Origin: Octopus sinensis
Taxonomy: Eukaryota
Direction: 5' to 3'
Length of the DNA: 64,000 nucleotides
Assembly (NCBI RefSeq): GCF_006345805.1
Contig: NC_042997.1
Span: forward strand, 120,094,001 to 120,158,000
In this document: positions 14,702-26,339 of the stretch, piece after piece
How positions within the stretch are numbered: position 1 is the stretch's first letter
How the letters are laid out: each line of letters starts with the position of its first letter
Notes under the pieces: generated by a model
What the model was told of the DNA's origin: nothing
The model's database searches: none
The model's input: only the letters and a program-made list of their open reading frames with translations
Translations under genes and position numbers: made by a program

Positions 14702-14770
14702 TCTGCAGGAAAGACGTGTATCGCTGGCCATCGTAGCCACTCTGATACTGATGAGATCAATGTGTATAAT
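14702..14770 (+). pseudogene. Cadherin relic exon (IVAT-DTDEIN)
   Basis: ttattttttattgattcag acceptor; ATCGTAGCCACT-CT-GATACTGATGAG is IVATDTDE with a 2-nt CT duplication. Confidence 0.7.
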
Positions 14771-15120
14771 GTTCCTCTTGAATTGTTGCAACTTTATTAA
14801 ATTAATTGATAAAGTAATTAGAAACATATTCAGCTACTTGTTACAAAATCGAATTAATTCGAATGATTTAGCTTAGCAATTAAATGTGAACTATATGTGT
14901 TGAATAATATATGTGTGAATACTTACTCATAGATACATACACACACACATATAAATATATATGCATATATATTACTTTAAAGTGAGTTTACAACTAACAT
15001 CCGACTATTTACTGGTGTAGGCGGTTATACTTTATTCACGGTTAAGCTCATGTTGCCTACGAATTTACTTTTCATCAGATGTTTTTAATAATCTATGTAC
15101 AATTTTTTTTTTCTTTTCAG

Positions 15121-15201
15121 TGATTACTTTAGCTGATACTGGCACTTCTGTATAACTAAACCTTTAACATTTTCTGTAAAATTCTACGACCGATTATTAA
15201 A
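15121..15201 (+). pseudogene. Cadherin relic exon (VITLADTGTS / TKPLTFSVKFYD)
   Basis: Strong acceptor (ttttttttcttttcag) and AAA|GTAAGA donor, 81 nt; all frames closed. Confidence 0.55.
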
Positions 15202-15401
15202 GTAAGATCAGGTCTTGTTATTTTTTTTTTTTTTCCTGTTGTCATTGTCCTTTAGGGCGATATAAAACGTTCCTTCGGAAGCGAATGTAATGTAAAATAT
15301 TATATAATTTTTTATATATCCTCTACAAATTGCGTTTTTACATCTGCGTGACTTTATTTTCAATAAGGAATTTAGAAATATATTTATGAAATATTTTGTA
15401 G

Positions 15402-15870
15402 GTTCTGCAAAGTTGTATATTAAGCAACAGAAACAGATTTATGAATATTGCCATCGAGCTAGAAGGTTTAAGAAAATTTTCAGGTATACATCCTTGAGAT
15501 GTCAGTGAAATGTTATTGCAACAAGATATGTTGATATCGCACTGGAGAGAGGAAAGGCAAAAAAGAACAATATACTGCAGAGAAATTAAGACAAAATACG
15601 TAGAATTTTTATCGCTTTTTGATGCCAGTAGTCGTTCATTGATCACCCACTCACATCTCACCGCGAATTTATTCATTCATACATATCATTTGTAAGAGTC
15701 ATCGTATTGTTTTACGTAAATATCACTTTAAAATGCGATCTCTATCGGTGTTTTGGAACGAATGCCTTGCACTATGGTTTGAGATGACACGGTGTGGAGA
15801 ATTCTATGTGACCACCAGACGCATCACAGTAGCGATAGAAAGATGATTATTCAAGGAGAATCTTCGCTAT
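15402..15870 (+). pseudogene. Cadherin relic exons (KLY-ATETD; GIHP*D-NVIATRYVD; TTRRITVAIE)
   Basis: Three successive segments give ATxTD, IxP..GxVxAT..VD and TxxITVxIE in repeat order; acceptors at 15401 and 15483. Confidence 0.6.
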
Positions 15871-16669
15871 GCTAACAGGATATACCAAAAATACTAGCTA
15901 CGTTTTACCTTGAATTGCATTCGAACATATCTATTAAATAAAATCGTTCTGTCTCTGTGTGTGTGTATAATCTAGGATCTCGAGCATCCTGCATCCGATC
16001 GCGCTAAAATTTGATATGAACATACCGATGGTATCAGGGCGTGTATAAATCTTGTAGAAAATTACAAAAATCGATTCCAGGTGAGAATGCGATCGATAAA
16101 GCTGTGGGAACGTGCATTTGTACACGCAAGTACATCAGTCGAAATCCGTCTTTTGCTGGTGTCTCAAACTTAGGTTAAATCAGTGTTTCTCAAAGGGGAG
16201 GCCTACGGGGGCGGTCATACAAGTTGTTTTGAGAAAAGTTGGCTCAAATGTTTGTCAAGTCAGCACCGTCCATTGGACGGAGTGCGTTTTAATCGTTTTT
16301 AATATGACGCATTGAGAACGCTTGTTTTGAAAATACATTATTTCAATTAAAATTCTTTTTCCTTTACTTAAGTGGTTGAATCGTTCTCACCGAGGTTACT
16401 TCAATGAAATTAGGAAGATATCTACAAAGAAAAGATTAAAAATGCGAGAAGGCTTGCAAAACAGTTAGCTTCCAAAAAATACACGGACATAATTAGAATT
16501 AGTGTTAAACTGGACGCCAGATTTAAGTCTAGTAACAGTATACCATCTTTGGGAATTCGATTCAAAAGGCAAAGACACAGATTGTATACTCTACGGCATG
16601 CATACATAAATACGCACGCGTGTACACAAACACATAATAACGCTACTGCAGATGCTGCAGTTGATAATG

Positions 16670-16688
16670 ATGATGATGAAGAGGAGGG

Positions 16689-16739
<51 letters not shown>

Positions 16740-16780
16740 CGATGACAACGACGATGATGATGATGATGACGACGATGATA
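16670..16780. repeat. (GAT)n microsatellite
   Basis: Direct reading. Confidence 0.95.
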
Positions 16781-17454
16781 CACTGGATAGTGAAATATCA
16801 CTCTTATGGGTATTCATTCGGTTTTCTAGCCATCCTAGTTTGTGTTTTGTTAAGATGAAATCAATGTCGATATGCATTAATTATGTTGATAGATCATTAA
16901 TAAATGTTAAAATCGATGAATAGGTAGGCTCGGGCGCATAAGAGTGAGGGTGTTAGCTAATATTCTATATTGATCGAAACGATAAACGATGCTTCTATTC
17001 TTTGTTAAATATTTGCTGTCCATCTCGCATTTTGCACTCTTCAATGAATAATATAGGAAATCATATTACTTAAGAAGTATTGTTTAAAAAAGACAACAGT
17101 GCAAGGAGTAATGATTTGTTGTTTAATTAATCACTCGCACAAAATTTATCAAGGAACAGAGCCAATTAATGAACGAATTTAATGAATATGCATACAAAAT
17201 ATGCCAAAGACAATATGAAAAATAATGTGAAAGATGTAATAAATTATCAAATTAAATAAGTATTTATTTAAAAGGAAAAGAATGTGCTGTTGCAAAACTA
17301 TAGTTTATCTTCGATTTCAAATCCTGATGAGGTTAATATTGCCATTCACCCGTCCTCCACCACTAAAATAAAATAAGGTACCAGTCATGGATTCGACATT
17401 TTTGAGTAAGTCTATCCCTGGAAGATTGCGTACCTTCTCCTTAAGTCAGAAAAA

Positions 17455-17735
17455 GATCTTCTTCTTCTTCTTCTTCTTCTTCTTCTTCTTTTTCTTTTTT
17501 CTTCTTCTTCTTCTTCTTCGTCTTCTTCTTCTTCGTCTTCTTCTTCTTCGTCTTCTTCTTCTTCTTTTTCTCCTCCTCCTCCTTCTTCTTCTTCTTCTTC
17601 TTCTCCTCTTCTTCTTCTTCTTCTTCTTCGTCTTCTTCTTCTTCTTCGTCTTCTTCTTCTTCTTCTTCTTCTTCGTCTTCTTCTTCTTCTTCGTCTTCTT
17701 CGTCTTCTTCTTCTTCTTCTTCTTTTTTTTTTCTT
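17455..17735. repeat. (CTT)n microsatellite
   Basis: Direct reading. Confidence 0.95.
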
Positions 17736-17895
17736 TCCAGACTTCTTTCACATTGAACAAAATGCTTAGCGAGTTTTCTTCTAGGTATTTACTTTCCAAT
17801 TTAAAATTCCGCCGAAGTCGATTTAGTTATTCTTCCTTTTTGGGCCGATAAAATAAGTGCCTGTTAACTATTGCTCATTGCTCACTGTACATAAG

Positions 17896-18140
17896 GTGTC
17901 ATTAATCCCAGGCACAATATATATAGCTATTTAATTGCCGATAGCTTTCAAATATGTCTCTCGAATGCTTCCTACATCGCCACTTTTAACCTCTACTTTT
18001 CTACATTTCACAACGATGCCTGTGGTCGGGTAGTTAAAAAGCGACAAAAAAGGAGCTGAAACTAAATTTAAGACTGGATAATATAAAGCAACACCGACGT
18101 TCGTGAAGACATGCATAATATACAGAGCAAATGTAAAGAC
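17896..18140 (+). pseudogene. Cadherin relic (IYSYLIADSFQI...SDKKGAET...ATPTFVKTCIIYRANVK)
   Basis: Y-x-L, F-x-I, D-x-x-G-x-x-T and P-x-F...Y-x-A-x-V motifs in order. Confidence 0.55.
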
Positions 18141-18639
18141 ATCTTTTCGAATTCATTATCTGAATAATCTTGAAAGCGATAAAAATTTAAATCAGAATTA
18201 ACATTAAGTATCACGTTAAGGTGAAAATAATTTCAAAGTAAAATTATAAAAAGTGACTTTACTGTAAATGTGGTCCATCTAATCGTAGACGAATAATGAA
18301 TGCAAACAAATGCATAGAAACTATACGAAAGCACGAGAAAGAAGAAGAGAGAGGCAGAAGGAATGCGATCGAGAAAACGAGGGAAAAAAATTCATTTGAA
18401 AGGGAATAATTTCGACCTAATTCAAAAAATACTAAAGACAATACTGAAATCTGTTCGACAAAAGCAGAGACGAGAAACGGAGGCGATTAGAAAACATAGA
18501 GTTGATCCACAAAATGGACATAAAGGTTAATTCATGAAAGAACAAAATAAGAACACTAAACCACAAAAGAAATCAATTGAAATAAATTCAGTTTCGAAAT
18601 ATGAAATTGCATTCAAGAAATACAAATAATAGCTTACTC

Positions 18640-19800
18640 TCAAAATTGGCAAGTTTTGGAATCCGTGGAAAAATTCTACACTGATTGAGTATTTCCTGGC
18701 CAATAGAACACAGCATGTTATGGCCGATGGAGTCCACTGAAGCCCAGCAAAACTCACAAGTGGTGTCCATTATGGGACTGTTTGGGGCCCGTTCCTCTTC
18801 ATAATCTATATAAACGACCTTTCCATCATCGTAAATCACTGCAAAGTGAAAATATTTGCTGATGACACTAAACTTCAGCAAATCGTCAATGAAGAAGAAG
18901 ACCGCACTCAACTCCACTTTGATCTATATGCGTTGAGTCAATGGGCAGACAGAAACAAAATGCAACAAACGAGGGAAAATTTGAGCTGATGCATTTGGGA
19001 AGAAAGACTATACTAAATCAGCCATACTCTCTTCCTTCAGGGGAACCGCTCACAGCATCTAATAATATCACTGACCTAAGAGTAATTGTTGATAACAATC
19101 TCAGTTGGAGTGCCCCATCAACAATATGGTAGTTATAGCTCGTAGGATGAGCTCCGGGATCTTAAGAACCTTCCAGTCCAGAGAACAAGGTGTCACCATT
19201 TCACTTTACTTTCCTTCGTAGGCGACATCTCGAAGACTGCTGCTCCCTGTGGTCTCCGCATACAAAACAAAACATCTCGAAAATTGAATCACCCCAGAGG
19301 GCACTCACTAAACGAATTAAGGGTATCAATGATCTCTATTCTTGAAACTCTATTCTCTCCAGGGCAGCTGCAAGCGGTACATCATTTGAATGATGTGGAG
19401 AATATACCGCCAGCATTGCCCAAACGACCTCAACATTAGCTTCAAGATTCATCCAAGGCTGGGACCACGGTCCATACATCCCCTACCCAATTCAGGATCA
19501 CAATGTATAGGTAGACAGCGGCACAATATATTTTCCTCAACAGGCCCCTACCCTGTTTAACATTGTCCCAAAACTGATCAAAGAAGAAAAGGATCCCATC
19601 ACTTTTACACGGAGTCTGGACACATTTCTACACGGAATACCATATAAGCCACCCATACCTGGATACAACTCTCTCAAAAAAAACTCACTATTTGAATGGA
19701 CCATAATACCACAAAACTTTAGATAACCCTATCAGGTGGTGTTATTAAGTTAGACATGGCCTGGCCACTCTTTGGTCGAAATATATCTAAGTTTTATCAA
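18640..19800 (+). mobile_element. 5'-truncated CR1/L2-type LINE (RT 3' half)
   Basis: FLANRTQHV...SGVHYGTVWGPFLFIIYINDL...IFADDTKL...QWADRNKM. Confidence 0.9.
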
Positions 19801-20029
19801 AGTTTTTATATGAATAAGGCTAAGTAAATAATGAAAGAAAATCAATAGAAACTAGGTGTGATAATTTTAAATCTTAGTGACAAAAATATTGTCTAATAAT
19901 AAAAGCAACATGTGAAGAAATTATCTCATAGTCGATATACTTATCTATTAAGGAGCTGATAAAATTAAGCACCCGTAAATGCGAGCATATTGATTTAACA
20001 CGACAATCGGAAAGTTGTATTCAGGAATA

Positions 20030-20296
20030 AAAACAAATAATAAATAAATACGCCCTTTTAAAGCCTAGCCAGGATCATGGGTCCGGTTTCCCGGTTTCAA
20101 TGGTGTATGCGTTCCCCAGCTGGACGGGACGCCAGTCTGTCGCAGAGTTACTGATTTTGCCAGCTGAGTGGACTGGGGCAATATGAAATGACGTGATTTG
20201 CTCAAGAACACAACGCGTCGTCTGGTCCAGGAATCGAAACTACAATCTTACGATCATGATGCTGACACCCTAACCACTAAGCCACACGACTCCACA
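20030..20296 (-). mobile_element. Full-length tRNA-derived SINE with 12-bp target-site duplication
   Basis: TATTCAGGAATA at 20018-20029 and 20297-20308; A/B-box head on the minus strand; relative at 60740-60950. Confidence 0.9.
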
Positions 20297-20918
20297 TATT
20301 CAGGAATACAAAAGTACAAAGTACTACCCAATAAATTACGATATCTTAAAACAAGGCAAATGATTGCGTTAATCTTTCGGTAGGAAAGGCATCGAAATTA
20401 GTAACCACGAACAATTCCCATAGCTCTTTAAAAGTCCAAATCTTCGGTTCAAGACAGAGTGTTCCTGAATCAGGAAGAAGAATATTTCAGTCAAGCACAA
20501 CACACATTTTACAGAACAGGGGCATGATCCATTCCTGAATGTCCTTGATGTTTTCCACGATAGAGTATTGTAGTTTTGAAAATAAAACTTTGACTATGTT
20601 TAAAACTGCCATATATAATGTGATAAACACATCGATTATCATTATTACAGGTATTCAAAACAATATATTGGTGTTGATGAAATCTTGGTTTGAAAACGTT
20701 TCTTGTTGCCCGGGTGTGAGTTTTATGTTAAGGGTTATTATCGATATAGATCTCAGCCCCTTAAAAAATTTGCCTTGATCGAACAATTACTATTAGATTA
20801 TTTGGTCTTTGGAATTGGATTTGGGGTCGTCAAAGTATCTATTAGCCTATTTACACTGTGTTGGTTACCGAATGAGGCAAACCTTTGGCAGATCATATAC
20901 CAATTATGGTCTTTTCAG

Positions 20919-20954
20919 TTAAAACTCATTATTACGGACTCTGGGAGAATATCT
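20919..20954 (+). pseudogene. Cadherin relic exon (LKLIITDSGRIS)
   Basis: ggtcttttcag acceptor, TCT|GTAAGG donor, open 36 nt; LxxxxTDSG motif visible in ORF 20703..20963. Confidence 0.65.
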
Positions 20955-21069
20955 GTAAGGTAGATCTAAAAAATTCATTAGTTACGTTACGTTTGTCATA
21001 ATTATTAAATATACTTGAAGCACAGAAATATTCTTTATAAGAAATATTCTATATTAAGATTCCCTGACG

Positions 21070-21390
21070 TTATACTATGCCCGTTGTTATAAACACAGAC
21101 GAATTCTGATAATCTGTCTTCATACTACAATGGCAATTAGAAATAGTGGATTCACCGAGTACCTACTTTATGACAGAAGCGACTATGTTCTTAAATGCAC
21201 AAGATTATGAAGATCGTTTGGGGGAAATAACAGTAAATGGGAAGCTTAATGTATGAAGGCATACATAACACAGAATTTTTTTTCCATTCATATTTGTCTT
21301 GTAGCCGCTGCTATTTTCAAAATATGCTGTAGTGACCAAAGGAATCTTATGTGGTAACCGAGTGTTATTTCCTTTATATATTTTGAAATA
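21070..21390 (+). pseudogene. Cadherin relic exons (LNAQDYED...GEITVNGKLN-YE; FKICCSDQRNL)
   Basis: GEITVNGKL plus AAT-G-TAT-GAA (LNYE with a 1-nt insertion); the next exon after the catatttgtcttgtag acceptor gives IxCSD. Confidence 0.7.
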
Positions 21391-21669
21391 CGGTGTATTC
21401 TTAAATCTTGAATAACCTTTCTTTTTTCTTTCTCATTTGATGTTTATTACAGTTGTTACAAAATAGTTCTTTAATTTTTCTCGAAGGAAGAATCACTTTA
21501 ATATTCTAAACTATATCGCGGGTTGCATTTAGTGTAATATATATTCCCCAAGGTTTAGTAGATGGACAGATAGATATATAGATAGATAGAGAGAGAGAGA
21601 GGGAGAGAGAGAGAGAGAGAGAGAGAGGGTGAGAGAGAGGGAACGAGAGAGACAAAGAGGTAGATGGAG

Positions 21670-21870
21670 AGAAGGCGGCGTGCTGGCAGAAACGATAGCA
21701 CGCTACGTTCTGAGTTCAAAATCCGCAGAAGCTAACTTTGCTTTTCCTCCTTTCGCGGTCGATTAAACAAGTACCAGTCACGCACTGGAGTCGATATAAT
21801 CGACTTAATCCGTTTGTCTGTCCCTGTTTGTCCTCTCAGTGATTAGCCCCTTGTGGGCAGTAAAGATATA
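21670..21870 (+). mobile_element. tRNA-derived SINE
   Basis: aaggcggcgtgctggcagaa...gagttcaaa...gtcgattaaacaagtaccagt. Confidence 0.8.
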
Positions 21871-21956
21871 AGATATATGTATATATATATGCGAATATGT
21901 ATACTCTCTATAGCTTATATCTATGTTTATCGGTATATAAGCACTAGAGAGTATAC

Positions 21957-21998
<42 letters not shown>

Positions 21999-22312
21999 GT
22001 AGATAGATAGATATATAGATAGGTATATATATATATAGATAGATAAATAGATAGATAGATTGAATGATTCACAGGATGATAGATACTCAGAACTATATGA
22101 TTAAAAGTATATAAGCATAAAAAATTTATTTTTATAAACATATAAGTATGATCATATGAATAAATAGAAGCCATACAGACACTACTTAGACATACATCGA
22201 TTATACTAAGAAAATTAAATATCAGCGAATTTCATTTGGTGTGTTTGTGAAGAGATTAAGATGAAAAGTCTTTGATCCTGCTATAAGCAATTACTTTACT
22301 GTTGAAATATAG

Positions 22313-22490
22313 AAAATACCGACATCAGAATAGTTACGGCTGGAGGCGAGAATACAAAGACTGAACAGCAAACTTTGAGAATTTGGGTTACGTGAGAAGG
22401 ATGAGAAGCTCAGTAATTGATTCCTTTGGCAAAATATTATGTTGTGTAGATCTACACAAAAGGACAGATACGAGTTAGCATAGCAACATA
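22313..22490 (+). pseudogene. Cadherin relic exon (TAGGENTKTEQQTLRIWVT...KYYVV)
   Basis: GG...T..TLxIxV linker pattern after an acceptor at 22312. Confidence 0.5.
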
Positions 22491-23020
22491 TATGTATATG
22501 TACATACATACATGCATACATATATATATATCTATCATTTTATATATATAAAGATTTTTATCAACGTGCAGATAAGAGTACACACACACATATATATATA
22601 TTATATATATGTATGTGTGTGTGTGTATGTATATATATATATCTATAAATATATATATAAATATATATACATATATTCATATATATATATATATACATAC
22701 AAACACACACACACACATATATATATAATGTATACACTCAAAAACACATATATACACACACAGACACACATATATACATCTCAATGTAGAGTATATATAC
22801 ATACCTATAGCTTATGTATCATTGTGTATAAATTTATTCTCATTATTATTATTTTAGCTCTTTACTTCTTTCTTCTTTTTCTTCTTCTTCACCCTCCATC
22901 TTTTCTCCTCCTTCTCCTCCTTCTTCATTTTCTTCTCCTAACTCCATTTCTCTATTTTTCCTTATTATTTTATACATATCTATGTTTATCGGTATATAAG
23001 CACTAGAGAGTATACATATT

Positions 23021-23092
<72 letters not shown>

Positions 23093-23141
23093 CCACGTAC
23101 ATATCTAAATACACTATGCTATTTTGTGTGTAAATATATAG

Positions 23142-23225
23142 GACGATTTATTCTGTTAGCCGAATGTGAAGAAACCATAATATAAAAGCAATATTCATGT
23201 GATTGCCTCCAAAGAGGAAGCCATT
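23142..23225 (+). pseudogene. Cadherin relic exon (GRFILLAECEETII*SNIHVIAS)
   Basis: Resembles GxIxL...xET...IxVxAS; aatatatag acceptor. Confidence 0.55.
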
Positions 23226-23235
23226 AATAGTTTAT

Positions 23236-23270
<35 letters not shown>

Positions 23271-23277
23271 AATATAA

Positions 23278-23320
<43 letters not shown>

Positions 23321-23493
23321 GAAATTACTACGATGATCCGGTTCTTGACTGAAGACTGAGGGTTTCGAATGTCCTGTCCGTGTTTATTGTATCGTCTTCT
23401 AAGAGTTATACGTTCTTGTCCATGTATTTTTCTACATACCTTAATATATATATATACATATATATGTATATATATATACATACATAAATATAT

Positions 23494-23524
<31 letters not shown>

Positions 23525-23559
23525 GATAGACAGGTAGATAGAAACACAGATATTTATAT

Positions 23560-23799
23560 ATATATATACATATATATATATACATATATATATATATGTA
23601 TATATATTTTTTTTTCTATTTTTTTTTCTCTCTTTTTTTCTGTATTTTCTTATTTGGATTAACTATATATATATGCATATATATATATATGAATGGAGAT
23701 ATATAAATCTATGTATATACATGTATATATCTACATATATATACATATATACATATATACACACATATATATCTATATCTATATATATATATATAAATA

Positions 23800-23891
<92 letters not shown>

Positions 23892-23940
23892 TATATATAT
23901 ATAAAAATATATTATATATATATATATATAAATATATTTA
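23560..23940. repeat. Long (TA)n-dominated low-complexity tract (representative of many similar tracts)
   Basis: Direct reading; similar at 6810-6990, 9900-10140, 39080-39355, 47170-47650 and 57050-57240. Confidence 0.95.
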
Positions 23941-24022
23941 CATACATGTAGTCTTTCTACACGGTAAGTTGATATCTAGGTCGTTAGAAATTAGATGTAC
24001 ATTTCGCATTTGCTCTTTATAG

Positions 24023-24130
24023 GATCAGATGAATAAAGAATCATTCTTTGGAAGGAGCAGAGTTTCAATATGAAGAAAATGAACTACATTTAGAATTGGA
24101 AATAGTCATTCAAGTGACGATTTGCTGAGA
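24023..24130 (+). pseudogene. Cadherin relic exon (DQMNKESFFGRSRVSI / YEEN...VIQV)
   Basis: Strong acceptor catttgctctttatag; linker plus VSIxEEN start motif. Confidence 0.55.
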
Positions 24131-24236
24131 AGTGAATCTTCAACATATTTGTAATTAAAACCAATTCAGTGTACATATTGCTCAATATATTAAACTAATA
24201 CTTTCCGAGGATGAATAAATAAATGTATATACATAC

Positions 24237-24282
<46 letters not shown>

Positions 24283-24338
24283 TATATATATAATATATAT
24301 ATTATATATATATATGAATGTGTGTGTGCGTGTGTTTG

Positions 24339-24372
<34 letters not shown>

Positions 24373-24677
24373 TTTGTTTGTATATATATATACGAATGTA
24401 CATATATAGTTTTGTGTGTGAAGCTTAATATCGTATGAACGTTTAACATATATACATTTTGACACATTGTACCGTAAAAACTCAATAAAAACATACGTGT
24501 GTGCGTGTATATACATACATAAATATCCGTCTGTATGTCTACCTGTCTGTCTGTATATATATATTATATGTAGAAAAATACAAACTGGGACAAGAACGTA
24601 AAACATTTAGAAGACGATACAAAAAACACGAAGCCTTCAATCTTCAATCAAGAACCGGATCATCCTAGCAATTTCGG

Positions 24678-24725
<48 letters not shown>

Positions 24726-25439
24726 TCTCTATACACCGTTTTCATCGCTTTCCTCTCACCTTTTCAGTCACTTCAGCGCCTGCTATATGTTCACCTTACC
24801 CAAAACGTTTCCTCTAAATATTACGCTTACACCTACAGGCCGTTCGCACGTCTTATCCCTTACCACTAGACTTCCATACGTGCAGACAACTTCATACATA
24901 CACGTAAAATATAATTCACACACGACATACATACACATAAAATATATACCACACACACACCTCTCCTGGTCAGCAACTGTATATACAAACACAAATTTTT
25001 ATACTTGCATATTAGAACGCCACACTCTCCTCCCTTCATCCCACCACAGAGAAGCGCACGGTTTTCCCAACCATCACTTCTCCTTCTACTCTTTTCTCTG
25101 CTAAAGAGCTTACGTCCGAAGCATCAAGAGTATGCGGAGCCTTAAACTAATACACCATTATCTAAAACTTATCTCTCCCGTGTTCAATTGTTCTCTTCAT
25201 CACAAACACACACACCCATGCACACACAAATATATTTATGCACACGCATATCCATCCATCCATCCATCCATCCATCCATCCATCCATCCATCCATCCATA
25301 CATACATACATACATACATACATACATACATACATGCATACATACATACATAGAATATATTGAATGGCTTGAGTGTAACACTGACGTTCAGTACAATCTA
25401 AGTAGTCGATCTGAATTAGAAATTAGGTGAAATCAGTTT

Positions 25440-25692
25440 CGTGATTTGTTATTGAACCTGGAGAAAGGAAAAATTCAGAGGAGACAAAAAGCTCTATGTG
25501 AAAGTGAAACCGCTGTTACCATTTTTGCAAACTGCCCACACAAGAGGTTAGAAATGTAAACAAGCAAAAAAGAAAAAAAGACTATTAAGATGTGATAGAG
25601 TCCAGATGAATTTATGAGCGTATGAATTGACTGCTGTGAATGAGTCAGAGACTGTCTTTTTACAAACTATCTGTGTTGAGAACCGCTCATAA
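25440..25692 (+). pseudogene. Cadherin relic (EKGKIQRRQKALCESE; ELTAVNESETVFLQTICVEN)
   Basis: GxI...LxxE segment followed by xVNE..F....VEN linker. Confidence 0.65.
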
Positions 25693-26339
25693 AATTTTAA
25701 TCCATGGCTGTTTTTAATTAATATCGCGGCTTGTTTTGAAACAACATATAATTGTTATTTCTCTTTTGTGTGGCCAATATGGACAATGTTACGACGATAT
25801 TTTAATAATACCACATTAATAAGTTTTATGGCGTCTATTAATGAAGTAATTTTAGTTTAAGGGTGTGATATTAATTTCTTGACTCTAAAACTCAACTAAT
25901 TACTTTAAAATTGTATATAGGATTTTTAGAAATATTATCAAATATTATATTTGTCGCGTAATAAATATGTACTTGCTTTTATTTTGACTTATACATACAT
26001 ACATACATATGTATATATACAAACATTTACACACACATATACACACGCGCACACACACACATGCGCACCCATACACCCAACCACCCAGACACGCACACAC
26101 ACACATGTCCAGTCTCTAAAGCTTTTTTATTCTCTCTCTTCTTTATTTCTTTGTGATCCATTCTGTTGAAGAACATAGGCTCGAAATGTAAAATACTTTC
26201 TTACTTTTTCGAGCGTGAAATTAATACACCTGTTCGTTGTTTATTCACCTGTCTTCGTCCTATTTCTTTTTGTAAATTCCAACTATATATATAATTAAGT
26301 TTCAGTTGAATTAGATACATAAATTAAGCCACCTTGCTT

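Larger units (their letters stand above)
18290..20560 (+). repeat. Dispersed degenerate element, copy 3, split by LINE and SINE insertions
   Basis: Collinear with copy 2 once the two insertions are removed. Confidence 0.75.

Noticed and set aside
16549-16923. Acidic poly-Asp ORF and antisense poly-Ser ORF
   Set aside because: Product of a (GAT)n microsatellite; no coding context.
17387-17851. Poly-F/L membrane-like ORF and antisense poly-K/R ORF
   Set aside because: (CTT)n microsatellite.
20030-20296. tRNA genes at A/B-box-containing sequences (also 36772, 60900)
   Set aside because: tRNA-like heads continue into SINE bodies, with a TSD in one case; no complete cloverleaf.
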